From contig DATHDD010000150.1 of assembly GCA_035319205.1 (NCBI GenBank), forward strand, positions 1-54,395: a stretch of DNA of 54,395 nucleotides, given 5' to 3'. Shown here in pieces: positions 8,480 to 19,274 of this stretch (positions within the stretch are counted from its first letter, which is position 1; each line of letters begins with the position of its first letter). A program made the position numbers and the translations under genes. The notes beneath the pieces were generated by a model. It made no database searches and was not told the origin of the DNA. It saw only the letters and a program-made list of their open reading frames with translations. This stretch comes from Burkholderiales bacterium (GTDB lineage: Bacteria; Pseudomonadota; Gammaproteobacteria; Burkholderiales; JAHFRG01).

Positions 8480-8929
8480 ATGGCAGTGCGTGTTCAAACC
8501 GAGGATTTCGATATCACAGTGGAAGTGCTGAAGCTGCGCAGGGGTAATCCAAAAATAGGCGCAGTCGCGTGTTTCATTGGATTAATGCGCGACATTAATG
8601 AGAACGTCACGGTTACCGAAATGACCTTGGAGCATTACCCTGCGATGACTGAAAAGGCGCTTACCGAGATCGTTGAACAGGCAAAGCGACGATGGGACAT
8701 AATGGATGTTTTAGTGGTGCACCGGGTGGGTACGCTCAAACCCATGGACCAAATCGTTCTGGTGGCGGTGGCGGGCTCCCACCGCAGGGTAGCTTTCGCC
8801 GCCTGTGAATTCATCATGGATTATTTGAAGACCAGGGCGCCGTTTTGGAAAAAGGAGAAGACCGATAAAGGTGTGCGTTGGGTCGAGGCGCGCGACATCG
8901 ATGACGATGCCGCACAGCGCTGGCACTGA
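8480..8929 (+). CDS. moaE: Molybdopterin synthase catalytic subunit MoaE
   Basis: MoaE-family sequence (GAVACFIGLMRD, LEHYPAM, APFWKKE). Starts 2 nt after moaD. Confidence 0.9.
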   Translation: MAVRVQTEDFDITVEVLKLRRGNPKIGAVACFIGLMRDINENVTVTEMTLEHYPAMTEKALTEIVEQAKRRWDIMDVLVVHRVGTLKPMDQIVLVAVAGSHRRVAFAACEFIMDYLKTRAPFWKKEKTDKGVRWVEARDIDDDAAQRWH

Positions 8930-9066
8930 AGGCGCGACCGATTGAAATACCTCATAATCGAGTTTAATATCTGGCTCACGCGGAATAGCCTGAGGATGAA
9001 ATCCGAGGAGGCTCTTTGTCATCGCCGGTTTCTTTGACGGATTCCTGACTTTCATAAGGAGAATCA

Positions 9067-9387
9067 ATGAAAGGTATTTATCTGAAGCTTTACGTGCCCG
9101 AATTCGATAAGCATCCAGATGGTATAGCGCTGCACCAGTGGTTGATGAATAAAGCAAAGTCTATGGGCATCGAGGGCGGAACAGCTTTCCGCGCCGTTTC
9201 CGGCTTCGGCCGGCACGGCGACCTCAGCGTGGACAATGTTTTTGGAGAATCGCCCATGGAGATGGTGTTCATGACGAGCGAGGAACTGGCAGAAAAGTTT
9301 CTCGCACTTCTCAAGAAGGAAAAGTTCTCATTGTTCTACATCAAGACACCTGCCGAGTATGGCTGGCTGGGAGATTTGCAGAAATAA
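9067..9387 (+). CDS. DUF190 (PII-like) domain protein
   Basis: 106 aa. LKLYV....H.G..L..WL...A...GI.GGTAFRAVSGFGRHG is the DUF190 pattern. AAGGAG SD. Confidence 0.7.
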   Translation: MKGIYLKLYVPEFDKHPDGIALHQWLMNKAKSMGIEGGTAFRAVSGFGRHGDLSVDNVFGESPMEMVFMTSEELAEKFLALLKKEKFSLFYIKTPAEYGWLGDLQK

Positions 9388-9471
9388 ACGGCCCCGATAC
9401 GCAGTCGCCGGAACGAAATGAGTGATCCGAGTACCCACGAAGCCGCGAATACACCCGGACTTAGCCACTCA

Positions 9472-10959
9472 TTAATTAACTACCGATTGGTTTAACAAAT
9501 TTCTTGCCGCATCGGTGACTTCAGATGCAGTTAAGCCTGCCGGTCCAATTCCGCGTGCGACCAAATCATCCGCCGCCGCGCCGTGCAGGTAGACAGCAAG
9601 CAGCATTGCGCTACCAGCGTTCATACCTTGCGCGATCAGCGCCGCAATCATTCCTGTCAGCACATCGCCCATACCTGCGCTGGCCATTCCCGGATTGCCG
9701 CTAGAATTGATGTACCAGCTTCCATCCGGCAGCGCGCAAATGCTGCCGGCGCCTTTTAACACAACATGGCAGCGGAAGATCCGCGCCATTTCAAGTGCTG
9801 CAGCCAGGCGGTCAAGCTGGATCTCTGCGGTACCTCTCTTGAGCAAACGCCCGGCTTCAGCAGGGTGGGGTGATAGAATGGTTGCGGCGGTGCGCCGCTT
9901 CAGCAGCAATTGCGGTCTGTTATCGGCTCCGAGCAGATTGAGCGCATCGGCATCCAGCACTAGTGGCAATTTTGTTTTAAGCGCATCGACAAGAAGATGT
10001 TGTGCTTCTTTTGATTGTCCCAATCCCGGTCCAACCGCCAGGCAATTGAGATAATCGAGCTCAAGCAATTCCTTGGGTGAACGCAGCATGAGTTCAGGCT
10101 GCAACGGATCTACCAAGGGCGCGTTTTTGGCGAGCAGCGCGACATAAGTTCTGCCTGCGCCCAGTTTCAGCGCTGCGCTGCCTGCCAGCAACGCGGCGCC
10201 AACCATGCCCTTTGCACCGCCAAGTATGCCGACATTGCCAAATAATCCTTTGTGGCTATTGCGCGGACGTTGCTTAAGCCGCGGGCAAGAAGCGTGTGAG
10301 AGCAGCCATCCTTTAGCAGGCAGGGTAGCCGCAGCATCAATATCAAGGCCGCGCACGTGTATTTTACCGCAACAGTTCACACCTTCCGCAGTGAGCAATC
10401 CAGGCTTCAAGGCGATAAAAGTAACTGTATGCGTCGCACGCACCGCAGCGCCTAGAATGCGGCCGGTATCTGCATCAAGCCCGCTGGGCACATCCAGTGC
10501 CAGCACCGGAATGCCAAGCCCGTTGATGCGCTCGACAAGCTGTGCGTAACGGCCTTCGAGCCGGCGCTTGAGCCCAATGCCGAACAAACCATCTACTGCC
10601 AAGTCCCATTTGCCTGCGGGAATTTTGTTGTGCAAAATGCCGCCGGCTTTTTGCCACAGACGCAAAGCGCGGGTGGCATCGCGCGGCAATTTCTTTGCAT
10701 CGCCGGCAAACACGACGTCAACCTTGAACCACCATTGTTTAAGGTGACGGGCGAGGACCAAGGCGTCACCACCGTTGTTGCCCGGCCCGGCAAGAATTAG
10801 TACGCTGGTGCCGCCTTCACCCAACAGCTCGCGCGCTAGCTCGGCGGCGGCGAGGCCTGCCGCTTCCATCAAGCGCTGCGCAGGCAAAAACTTGGATTCG
10901 ATTTTCCTGATGTCGCGAGTCAGGTAAACAGGCGCGGGCGTGGTCGCATCTTCCGTCAT
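9472..10959 (-). CDS. nnr: Bifunctional NAD(P)H-hydrate repair enzyme (epimerase plus ADP-dependent dehydratase)
   Basis: N-terminal YjeF_N domain (GPGNNGGDALV) and C-terminal carbohydrate-kinase-like domain (GPGLG, GMASAGMGDVLTG). Confidence 0.9.
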   Translation of the reverse strand: MTEDATTPAPVYLTRDIRKIESKFLPAQRLMEAAGLAAAELARELLGEGGTSVLILAGPGNNGGDALVLARHLKQWWFKVDVVFAGDAKKLPRDATRALRLWQKAGGILHNKIPAGKWDLAVDGLFGIGLKRRLEGRYAQLVERINGLGIPVLALDVPSGLDADTGRILGAAVRATHTVTFIALKPGLLTAEGVNCCGKIHVRGLDIDAAATLPAKGWLLSHASCPRLKQRPRNSHKGLFGNVGILGGAKGMVGAALLAGSAALKLGAGRTYVALLAKNAPLVDPLQPELMLRSPKELLELDYLNCLAVGPGLGQSKEAQHLLVDALKTKLPLVLDADALNLLGADNRPQLLLKRRTAATILSPHPAEAGRLLKRGTAEIQLDRLAAALEMARIFRCHVVLKGAGSICALPDGSWYINSSGNPGMASAGMGDVLTGMIAALIAQGMNAGSAMLLAVYLHGAAADDLVARGIGPAGLTASEVTDAARNLLNQSVVN

Positions 10960-11034
10960 GGTGATGATAGTTTAGCTGTAAAGCAGTCGGCTGGTTAGGT
11001 TATAATTCGGCTTTTAGGAGTCGATCCGCAACTG

Positions 11035-14000
11035 ATGCCCCAACTCCTCAAACTGCGCGGGCGCAGCGCCCTCTCCGAATTCCGTCTCAACAAATTGCTA
11101 TTTGCCTTGAAAACCACCGTACCCTGGATTGCCGGGGTTCAGGCGGAATATTGGCATTTCACGGCCTTGTCGAGAGAATTAACGGATGCGGAAACCGGTA
11201 TCCTGAAGCTGATTTTAACCTATGGCCCGGCGGCGCGAGCCGATAATATTACAGGCGAGCTGTTGCTGGTAGTGCCGCGCATTGGCACTGTTTCACCCTG
11301 GTCATCCAAAGCCACGGACATCGCCCGCCACTGCGGGCTGGAACCCGTCCAGCGTATCGAGCGGGGTGTTGCTTTTTATTTCGAAAAACGGGATAAGCTC
11401 TCTTACGGCGACAAACAAGCTTTGCTGCCGCTGATTCACGACCGGATGACCGAATCGGTGCTGGAGTCTTTCGACGAAGCAGGCAAGCTGTTCCAGCATT
11501 TTGCGGCAGCGCCTATGCAGACGGTGGATATGCTGGGCGGCGGCGCGACAGCTCTCAACCGTGCCAACCAGGATATGGGGCTTGCGCTTTCTGATGACGA
11601 GATCGCCTATTTACAGGAAAATTTCAGTCGCATCGGGCGTAATCCCACGGATGTTGAGCTGATGATGTTTGCGCAGGTGAATTCCGAACACTGCCGCCAC
11701 AAGATTTTCAATGCCGATTGGGTGATAGATGGAGTAAAGCAACCGCTTTCACTCTTTTCCATGATTAAGAACACCCATAAGCAGCACCCGCAAGGCACGC
11801 TGGTGGCCTATGCTGACAACGCATCGGTGATTGAAGGTGCCCGCATAGAGCGTTTTTGTCCTGCCAATAGCGACGCCGAATACGGCTATGCGGAAAAACA
11901 GACGCAAATCCTGATGAAAGTGGAAACACACAATCATCCCACAGCGATTGCGCCTTTTCCCGGGGCGGCCACGGGCTCGGGCGGTGAAATTCGTGATGAA
12001 GGCGCGACCGGTCGTGGAGCCAAGCCCAAGGCGGGATTGGCGGGATTTTCGGTTTCCAATCTGAATATCCCCGGCTTCAAACAACCCTGGGAGATGCATC
12101 AAGGAGCTGCAGATGGATGTTACGGCGCCCCTTCGCGCATCGCTTCAGCTTTGCAAATCATGTTGGAAGGACCTATAGGTGCGGCCTCATTCAACAATGA
12201 ATTTGGCCGCCCGAATTTAAGCGGTTATTTCCGCACTTATGAAGAGCTGGTGGCAGGAGAAATGCGCGGCTACCATAAACCCATCATGATCGCCGGCGGA
12301 GTGGGCAATATCAGTAGCGAGCAGGTAACAAAAAGCAAAATGACGAATAAGAGCTTGCTGATTCAATTGGGCGGGCCGGGAATGCTGATCGGGCTGGGCG
12401 GCGGCGCGGCATCCAGCATGGACACAGGTTCCAATGTTGAAAGCCTGGATTTTGCTTCGGTGCAGCGGAGCAACGCCGAAATGCAGCGCCGCGCTCAGGA
12501 AGTGATAGACCGCTGCTGGGCTCTGGGAGAGAGCAATCCCGTTATCTCGATACATGATATAGGCGCCGGTGGATTGTCCAATGCGCTGCCTGAGCTGGTG
12601 CACGGCTCAAACTGCGGCGGACGAATCAGCTTGCGGGAAATACCCAGCGAAGAGCCCGGCATGTCCCCGTTGCAAGTGTGGTGCAACGAAGCGCAGGAGC
12701 GCTACGTGCTGGCAGTGAATGCTGATAACTTTGCCTTGTTCAGGAAAATCTGCGAGCGCGAGCGCTGCCCATTCGCGGTGATCGGCGAGGCGACTGCCAA
12801 GCAGCAGCTGCGCGTAGAAGACAGCGTGTTCAACAACCGGCCTGTGGATATGGAATTGGATGTGTTGCTTGGCAAGCCGCCGAAGATGACTCGCCACGTT
12901 TCACATGTTGCGAGAGCATCGCCTTCATTCGCTGTAAACGATATTGATTTACTGGATGCGGTAAGTCGTGTGCTGCGCTTGCCTGCGGTGGCGGACAAAA
13001 CTTTCCTTATCAGCATCGGCGACCGCACTGTGGGCGGGTTAAGCTCGCGCGACCAGATGGTTGGACCCTGGCAAATTCCAGTGGCAGATGTTGCAGCAAC
13101 CTTGATGGGTTACAAAACGGTGAGAGGAGAAGCTTTTGCCATGGGCGAACGCACGCCTCTGGCAGTGATTGATCCCAAAGCTTCGGCGCGCATGGCGGTA
13201 GCTGAAGCGCTAACCAATATAGCAGCTGCGCCGATTGCAAGCCTTGGCGAGGTGAAGCTTTCCTGCAACTGGATGGCGGCGGCGGGACATCCGGGAGAAG
13301 ATGCGGCGTTGTTTGATGCGGTGCATGCCGTGGCGATGGAATTGTGTCCGCAGCTGGGAGTAAGCATCCCTGTGGGCAAGGATTCATTGTCAATGAAGAC
13401 GGTGTGGGAAGACCGCGGAAAAAGGAAAGAGGTTACCGCGCCGCTCTCGTTGATTGTATCGGCGTTTGCTCCGGTTCCGGACGTGAGCAAAACCCTGACG
13501 CCGCAATTGCGCACCGACAGTGGAGAGACCGAACTGATCCTGATTGATCTAGGCAACGGCAAAAACCGTCTGGGTGGTTCGGCGCTGGCGCAGGTTTACA
13601 AGCAAACCGGGAATGAAGCGCCTGACGTGGACGACCCGCAGCGGCTCAAGGCGTTTTTCAGTGTGATGCAAAAGCTTAATCGGGAAAACAAGCTTCTTGC
13701 TTACCACGACCGCTCGGATGGCGGGCTGCTGGTCACGCTTTGCGAAATGGCATTTGCCGGGCATGTGGGCATCACAGCGAATCTCGATGAGCTTTGCTAT
13801 GACCCGCTGTGCCATGACGTGGATGGGCAGGAACGGCAGCCCGAACTTTTATTAGCAGGCAGATACCAGGAGCGCATTTTGCAGGTGCTGTTTAATGAGG
13901 AATTGGGCGCGGTGGTGCAAATCCGGGCCGCCGACCGCAAGCCGGTAATGCAAGCCTTCTCTGAAGCAGGCCTTTCCGTGCATCTCCTCGGAAGCCTGAA

Positions 14001-15006
14001 CCAAAGCGATGAGCTGCGCTTGGTGCGCAACGCCAAGGTGATTTTTTCCGAAACAAGGGTGAAACTGCAACGCATGTGGTCGGAGACTACTTACCACATG
14101 CAGCGGATGCGCGATAACACGGAAGCCGCACAACAGGAATATGACCGCATACTGGATGGCGCTGATCCCGGCTTGCATGCGCAGCTTACTTTCGACATCG
14201 CCCAGGATATCGCTGCGCCTTACATTGCAGCGGGCAAACGCCCGCGCATCGCCATCCTGCGCGAGCAAGGGGTGAACGGCCAGATTGAAATGGCGGCTGC
14301 ATACGACCGCGCCGGGTTTTCGGCAGTGGACGTGCATATGAGCGATATCATGGAAGGGCGCGTCTCGCTCAAAGATTTCAAAGGTTTTGCCGCGTGCGGC
14401 GGATTTTCATATGGCGATGTGCTGGGTGCGGGAGAAGGGTGGGCCAAGTCCATATTGTTTAATCCACGTGCACGCGATGAGTTCGCTGCGTTCTTCAAGC
14501 GCCAGGATAGTTTTGCTTTAGGAGTATGCAACGGATGCCAGATGATGAGCAACCTGCGGGAGCTGATTCCAGGCTCCGAACATTGGCCGCATTTTGTGCG
14601 CAATCGCTCCGAGCAGTTTGAGGCGCGCTTGGTGATGGCTCGGGTCGAAAACAGCCCATCTATATTTTTTGCGGATATGGCGGGAAGCCGCATGCCCATC
14701 GTGGTGGCACACGGCGAGGGTTATGCTGAATTTTCAGATGCGAAGCAATTGCAGGCAGCGCAGCCTTTGGTTGCACTGCGCTTCGTGGACAATCGCGGCG
14801 AGCCTACGGAAATTTATCCTTACAATCCCAACGGCTCGCCTTCGGGAATCACCGGACTAACCACCCGTGACGGGCGTTTTACCATCCTCATGCCGCATCC
14901 CGAGAGGGTATTCCGCAGCGTGCAGCACTCCTGGCATCCGCGCGAATGGGGCGAGGACGCCCCATGGTTGCGCGTCTTCAGGAATGCGCGGAAATGGGCG
15001 GCTTAG
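11035..15006 (+). CDS. purL: Phosphoribosylformylglycinamidine synthase (single-chain large PurL)
   Basis: 1323 aa. [14 protein letters not shown], the ETHNHPTAI motif and a C-terminal glutaminase domain ([12 protein letters not shown]). Confidence 0.97.
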   Translation: MPQLLKLRGRSALSEFRLNKLLFALKTTVPWIAGVQAEYWHFTALSRELTDAETGILKLILTYGPAARADNITGELLLVVPRIGTVSPWSSKATDIARHCGLEPVQRIERGVAFYFEKRDKLSYGDKQALLPLIHDRMTESVLESFDEAGKLFQHFAAAPMQTVDMLGGGATALNRANQDMGLALSDDEIAYLQENFSRIGRNPTDVELMMFAQVNSEHCRHKIFNADWVIDGVKQPLSLFSMIKNTHKQHPQGTLVAYADNASVIEGARIERFCPANSDAEYGYAEKQTQILMKVETHNHPTAIAPFPGAATGSGGEIRDEGATGRGAKPKAGLAGFSVSNLNIPGFKQPWEMHQGAADGCYGAPSRIASALQIMLEGPIGAASFNNEFGRPNLSGYFRTYEELVAGEMRGYHKPIMIAGGVGNISSEQVTKSKMTNKSLLIQLGGPGMLIGLGGGAASSMDTGSNVESLDFASVQRSNAEMQRRAQEVIDRCWALGESNPVISIHDIGAGGLSNALPELVHGSNCGGRISLREIPSEEPGMSPLQVWCNEAQERYVLAVNADNFALFRKICERERCPFAVIGEATAKQQLRVEDSVFNNRPVDMELDVLLGKPPKMTRHVSHVARASPSFAVNDIDLLDAVSRVLRLPAVADKTFLISIGDRTVGGLSSRDQMVGPWQIPVADVAATLMGYKTVRGEAFAMGERTPLAVIDPKASARMAVAEALTNIAAAPIASLGEVKLSCNWMAAAGHPGEDAALFDAVHAVAMELCPQLGVSIPVGKDSLSMKTVWEDRGKRKEVTAPLSLIVSAFAPVPDVSKTLTPQLRTDSGETELILIDLGNGKNRLGGSALAQVYKQTGNEAPDVDDPQRLKAFFSVMQKLNRENKLLAYHDRSDGGLLVTLCEMAFAGHVGITANLDELCYDPLCHDVDGQERQPELLLAGRYQERILQVLFNEELGAVVQIRAADRKPVMQAFSEAGLSVHLLGSLNQSDELRLVRNAKVIFSETRVKLQRMWSETTYHMQRMRDNTEAAQQEYDRILDGADPGLHAQLTFDIAQDIAAPYIAAGKRPRIAILREQGVNGQIEMAAAYDRAGFSAVDVHMSDIMEGRVSLKDFKGFAACGGFSYGDVLGAGEGWAKSILFNPRARDEFAAFFKRQDSFALGVCNGCQMMSNLRELIPGSEHWPHFVRNRSEQFEARLVMARVENSPSIFFADMAGSRMPIVVAHGEGYAEFSDAKQLQAAQPLVALRFVDNRGEPTEIYPYNPNGSPSGITGLTTRDGRFTILMPHPERVFRSVQHSWHPREWGEDAPWLRVFRNARKWAA

Positions 15007-15255
15007 CCTAGTTCGCCCAGTGACGCGTGGATTATTTGTTGTAGTTCAGATCTGTTCTTACAGAAAGTGTCTGGTGCCTATTTCCGGAAACGGCCCAGTA
15101 ATGGAGGAAGTGCCAAAAAAGGGTTGAAATTCGCAGAAAACAGGCACATTCTTGTTGCCGTGAAAGAACTATGGCGGACAATGGCACAAACCCATTGCGC
15201 AAACCCGACCTGGGCCGTCAGTTTCTAGGTGGTAAGCTGGTTAGGAGGAAACTGA

Positions 15256-15351
15256 ATGTTGATGCTCGCCGTACGCTTGATCACCCATCAGGTTTTGTTT
15301 GGTGGTCCAGCGGTAGTAAACCTAATGAGGGCGGGCGCTACTAGTTTGTGA
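15256..15351 (+). CDS. Candidate 31-aa small ORF (MLMLAVRLITHQVLFGGPAVVNLMRAGATSL) in the lctP leader
   Basis: AGGAGG lies 7 nt upstream of the ATG. Below the ORF-track size cutoff. No family recognised. Confidence 0.25.
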   Translation: MLMLAVRLITHQVLFGGPAVVNLMRAGATSL

Positions 15352-15366
15352 TGCGTTGGCGGTTGT

Positions 15367-15384
15367 GGTTTTCATTCCTGGCAT
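15367..15384 (+). promoter_or_regulatory. 14-bp perfect palindrome CCTGGCATGCCAGG overlapping a sigma-54-like element (TGGCAT-N5-GAGCA)
   Basis: The palindrome is at 15367-15380. GG and GC have the canonical -24/-12 spacing. About 45 nt upstream of the lctP ATG. Confidence 0.25.
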
Positions 15385-15425
15385 GCCAGGAGCAATGGAA
15401 TAAATTTAATCAAGAGGAGGAGTTC

Positions 15426-17240
15426 ATGTACTATCAGAGTTACAATCCGATGGGGAATGTGTTTCTCTCCACTCTCGTTGCAGCGATCCCAATCGTCGTC
15501 CTGTTGTACTTTATTGCTTTGCATCCGAATCGTGACCGGGACGGGGTGAGGCATCTCGGCATCTCAGCTCCGTATGCGGCATTGTATGGCGTTATCGCCG
15601 CCTTTCTCGTTTCCTGCCTGGCATTCAAGATGCCTGTTGCCGCCGCCGCATCGGCCTTTGCATTGGGATCCCTGTCAGGGTTCCTCGGCATCATCTGGAT
15701 CGTTTTGGCCGCCATGCTTCTCTACACCATGACGGTCGTCACGGGCAAGTTCGAGATCGTGAAAGAATCCATAGTTCATATCTCATTCGACCGTCGTCTC
15801 CAGTGTGTGCTGATCGCTTTTTCATTCGGCGCCATCATCGAGGGAACGTCGGGCTTTGGCACGCCGGTCGCAATCGCCGGCGCAGTCATGGTGGGGCTGG
15901 GATTCAGACCCTTCCAGTCCGCTGTGTTGAATCTCCTTGCCAACACCGCCCCGGTCGCGTGGGGTGCGATCGGTACACCGATCGTCACGCTGGCGTTCGT
16001 TAGCGGCTTGGACCAAGTTACGCTTTCCGCCATGGCAGGTCATCAGCTTCCATGGGTGTCGATCATGGTCCCGTTTTGGCTGGTCGCCGTGTTCGTGAAA
16101 ATGGAGGGGGGCACTTGGAAGGAGGTGTTCGAGGTGTGGCCGGCCACGCTGTGCGCGGGCGGAACCTTCGCGCTCATGCAATATCTCGCCTCGGGGACGA
16201 ATGAATTCCACCTGATGACCGACGTGGTGTCAGGCGTTTTCTCCGTTATCTGCACCGCCTTGTTTCTGCGTTTCGTATGGCACCCCAAGACCCGCTTCCT
16301 GTTGAAATCGGAGCGCGAAGCGCTGGCAAAGGCAGGGAAGTCCACTGCAACGGCCACCACCGACAGCACCATGTGGAAGTACCCATACAGTGTCGGCGAA
16401 ACGATACACGCCTGGATGCCATGGGTGATCCTGATCATCTCCTGCGCGGTGTGGGGCATGCCGGAATGGAAGAAATACCTGAATCTTTTATTCTCGGGGA
16501 TTACGTTCAAGACGACTCTCCTCGGCTCGACGTTTTCGGGCACGCTTTCCTTGCCGGCGTGGGATATGCCTGCATTGCACAACTTGGTACAGCGCACGCC
16601 GCCCGTCGTCCTTCCCGGCGCAAAGCCAGAGGCGGCGCGCTTTATCATCAACTGGCTGTCGGCTGCAGGGACCGGTGTATTCGTCGCTGCAATCTTGTCG
16701 GGTTTGGTCCTCAAAATGAGCGTGACTCAGTGGAAAGACGCAATTGTTCGCACAGGACACCGCATGAAGATCCCGGTTGTGGTCATTGCGCTGGTGCTGG
16801 GACTCGGATTCCTGACCCGTTACGCCGGCACGGATGCAGTCTTGGGCCTGGCGTTCACCGGCGCAGGATACATGTATCCATTTTTCGCTGCTTACCTGGG
16901 TTGGCTGGGTGTCTTCCTTACCGGCTCCGACACGGCGTCCAACGCTCTCTTCGGCAGCCTGCAGCGAATTACCGCGCAGCAGCTGCATCTGAACGAGATT
17001 CTGATCGTGGCGACCAACTCGACGGGTGGAGTGATGGGCAAGATGATTGATGCGCAGTCCATCATGGTCGCGTGCGCCGCTTGTTACGATGATCCGAAGG
17101 AGCGTTCGCATGCGCTGGGACCCATATTCCGCAAGGTGTTCTGGTACTCGATCGCTGGAGCCGGGGTAATCGGTTTAATCGCGCTCCTGCAGGCCTATGT
17201 CTTTACGGGGGCGATCCCAATACCACCCTTGGCTAAGTGA
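15426..17240 (+). CDS. lctP: L-lactate permease (LctP family)
   Basis: The internal ATG at 15426 follows GAGGAGG. Polytopic membrane protein with LctP-family motifs (FSFGAIIEGTSGFGTPVAI, TGSDTASNALFG). Confidence 0.88.
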   Translation: MYYQSYNPMGNVFLSTLVAAIPIVVLLYFIALHPNRDRDGVRHLGISAPYAALYGVIAAFLVSCLAFKMPVAAAASAFALGSLSGFLGIIWIVLAAMLLYTMTVVTGKFEIVKESIVHISFDRRLQCVLIAFSFGAIIEGTSGFGTPVAIAGAVMVGLGFRPFQSAVLNLLANTAPVAWGAIGTPIVTLAFVSGLDQVTLSAMAGHQLPWVSIMVPFWLVAVFVKMEGGTWKEVFEVWPATLCAGGTFALMQYLASGTNEFHLMTDVVSGVFSVICTALFLRFVWHPKTRFLLKSEREALAKAGKSTATATTDSTMWKYPYSVGETIHAWMPWVILIISCAVWGMPEWKKYLNLLFSGITFKTTLLGSTFSGTLSLPAWDMPALHNLVQRTPPVVLPGAKPEAARFIINWLSAAGTGVFVAAILSGLVLKMSVTQWKDAIVRTGHRMKIPVVVIALVLGLGFLTRYAGTDAVLGLAFTGAGYMYPFFAAYLGWLGVFLTGSDTASNALFGSLQRITAQQLHLNEILIVATNSTGGVMGKMIDAQSIMVACAACYDDPKERSHALGPIFRKVFWYSIAGAGVIGLIALLQAYVFTGAIPIPPLAK

Positions 17241-17290
17241 AACCTGGGCACGGGCTACCACGGCACGCTCCATCCGTCAGTACTTTGCGG

Positions 17291-17593
17291 TCAACGCTCG
17301 ATCTTATCGTGGGACTCGTCATTGCAGATCGCTTCGCCCTCGATCACGCGCCCTCCAGGCGGGTACTCGCTCATCTCTCTACGTAGTTCACGCGTTTGCC
17401 ACCACAGGTAGCCCCAAACCAGCAACCCGACTGTGACCAATATTGCAAACACCAGCAATGAAAACATGAAAGCTGCGACAAGCAGCAAAGCAGCTGACGC
17501 AAACGTCAGTATCTTATCCGGCAAGCCGGGCGCATTAGTACTAAAGCGCGCGTCACTCCCGGCAACTGTGGGCCGCTTCTTGTCTGTTTGCAT
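17291..17593 (-). CDS. Hypothetical small membrane protein (two predicted TM helices)
   Basis: ATG at 17593 (the track start at 17596 is a TTG). Hydrophobic core ALLLVAAFMFSLLVFAILVTVGLLVWGYLWW. Confidence 0.5.
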   Translation of the reverse strand: MQTDKKRPTVAGSDARFSTNAPGLPDKILTFASAALLLVAAFMFSLLVFAILVTVGLLVWGYLWWQTRELRREMSEYPPGGRVIEGEAICNDESHDKIER

Positions 17594-17819
17594 CAAAATC
17601 CTCGTTGCAGCTGCCTGCGCAAATTCGGTGTAATGGGCATTCTAAGGTTTTGACTGGTACCTGGATAGTTTCGTTCGGTAATGTAAACCTTGATTCGTAT
17701 TTTTCGCGATGCCTATCAATCCACTATCCCTACGCGACAGATGTAGCCCTCTTGAAAATACTCAGCGTTGGCTATCGACTCTAAGCAGACGTTTACGCAA
17801 CTTTCGCGTTTGATGTCGC

Positions 17820-19274
17820 TTAATCACCACCAAAGTCATATTCTTTCCTGTAATAGTTATACCAATCCCGGGTTTGCTGGTCTGCAGACAATTGCTCCGA
17901 CAGAAACTTGAGCTCTGCTAGCGCTTTGTCCGCGCGTGAAGCGTTCAGGTAAAGATCCAACAGCCGCCATCGGTACGCAAGCTCGTTCGGCGCGAGAGCT
18001 GCCGCCTTTTCATACAGGGCTATCGACTTCGTGAGCCAGTTCATCTCGAACAAATAAAGGTCGCCAAGGGCGGCATAGCCTGCGGCATTGTTCGGTGCTT
18101 CACGAATTTTACCTTCGCGCGCCTGTACCTCTGCAGCCAGTGAAAAAGGATATTCGGGCAAAGCGGGTGTGTGTGCATGATCGCCGTAGATCGCACGCTC
18201 CGTATTGGGCGCGTTCAGTGCGCGCAAGGTGCCAAGAAACGGATTGTCCGAGTACTTAACGTAAAAATTGACGTTGTCCTCGAAACGGTGAAAGTAAGTC
18301 CATGCCTTGGCTTCATCCACGTACCACAGATTATCGGTACCGCGGCGGAGCACGATAGGAAGATTCGAGTGATCCGGTTGTGGGACCATGAGGCCCAGAT
18401 TCTGGACAAAGATCAACCGGTAGGGAGAAGCGGCCTGGAAAAATTCGAAAATTCTTTTTTGCTGCGCTTCGTCGCGCGGCACCACGGCACGGAAAATCCG
18501 GCTGCCCTCTGTAAGTAGCGGAAGCCGCGGATCACCGATTCCCGCAGTGAGCGACGACAGGTAGCGCTGTGCCGATATATTGGCATCCTGCGACGGCGAA
18601 AATTCATTCAAGTTTGCGTCCGGCAGGCGACGAATCGCGCGCTGGTAGTCGGCCAGCGTTTTGCTGTACCCATGTATGAGCGCTCCCCCTCCACCAGAAA
18701 GAAATTCATTGCTGAGCCATTTGGGCTGCGATAGCGGGTCTATTTCACTCTTTGAGCCCATGCCGCGCAGATTGGTAGTAATGATGAGTTCGGAAATGAA
18801 ATCCTGTGGCACCTCGGAAAGCATGTAAGTTCTTGCCGCCTCCTCGAGGCGGTGGCAGTATGCGTCGGGGATGTCGCCTTCAAGGCTGTAGGAAACCTCG
18901 ATCTTCAGCAGATTTTCCTTGGCGCTGTACAGGTAGAGGATGCCCCGACCGTTGCGCCGTGCCCCTATTTGCAGTTGCGTAAAAAGCTCAGTTGCAGTTT
19001 CCTCGATGGTCTTCGATGGCGGCAGTGAGGTTAGCAACACCAGTGCGTTTTCGATGCCCGATTTTTTCTCGGCAAGCTTGAGGCTCATTTTAAAGGCAAG
19101 GTCGTAATCGTGCTGCCCTGTTTCGTTGATCAGCACATACTCGGGACGATGCGGCTCGCGTTGGTGCCACCAGGCGAACCAACCGCCGGCGATGACCACC
19201 AAAGCGACGCATGCGGCAATCAGCGCGCTTTGCCGTCTAGAAGTTGCCGAAAACTTCGCTCTTTTTTCCGTCAT
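17820..19274 (-). CDS. Membrane-anchored protein with a TPM-like domain and C-terminal TPR repeats
   Basis: N-terminal TM helix. A segment (ALVLLTSLP..TIEETATELF..L.IG....GRGILYLYS) resembles the TPM fold. The C-terminal AALGDLYL..YEKAAALAPNE..YRWRLLDLYL looks TPR-like. Confidence 0.6.
   Translation of the reverse strand: MTEKRAKFSATSRRQSALIAACVALVVIAGGWFAWWHQREPHRPEYVLINETGQHDYDLAFKMSLKLAEKKSGIENALVLLTSLPPSKTIEETATELFTQLQIGARRNGRGILYLYSAKENLLKIEVSYSLEGDIPDAYCHRLEEAARTYMLSEVPQDFISELIITTNLRGMGSKSEIDPLSQPKWLSNEFLSGGGGALIHGYSKTLADYQRAIRRLPDANLNEFSPSQDANISAQRYLSSLTAGIGDPRLPLLTEGSRIFRAVVPRDEAQQKRIFEFFQAASPYRLIFVQNLGLMVPQPDHSNLPIVLRRGTDNLWYVDEAKAWTYFHRFEDNVNFYVKYSDNPFLGTLRALNAPNTERAIYGDHAHTPALPEYPFSLAAEVQAREGKIREAPNNAAGYAALGDLYLFEMNWLTKSIALYEKAAALAPNELAYRWRLLDLYLNASRADKALAELKFLSEQLSADQQTRDWYNYYRKEYDFGGD

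Noticed and set aside
8930-9066. Possible fluoride (crcB-motif) riboswitch upstream of the DUF190 gene
   Set aside because: DUF190 genes often accompany crcB. However, no crcB is present, and the spacer lacks the conserved fluoride-riboswitch core elements as I remember them on the coding strand.
15182-15199. TGGCAC...TTGC sigma-54-like string in the lctP leader; a similar TGGCACAGACAGC occurs at 23247-23259
   Set aside because: The GG-to-GC spacing is off by two bases in both cases, longer in the first and shorter in the second. That is incompatible with -24/-12 promoters.
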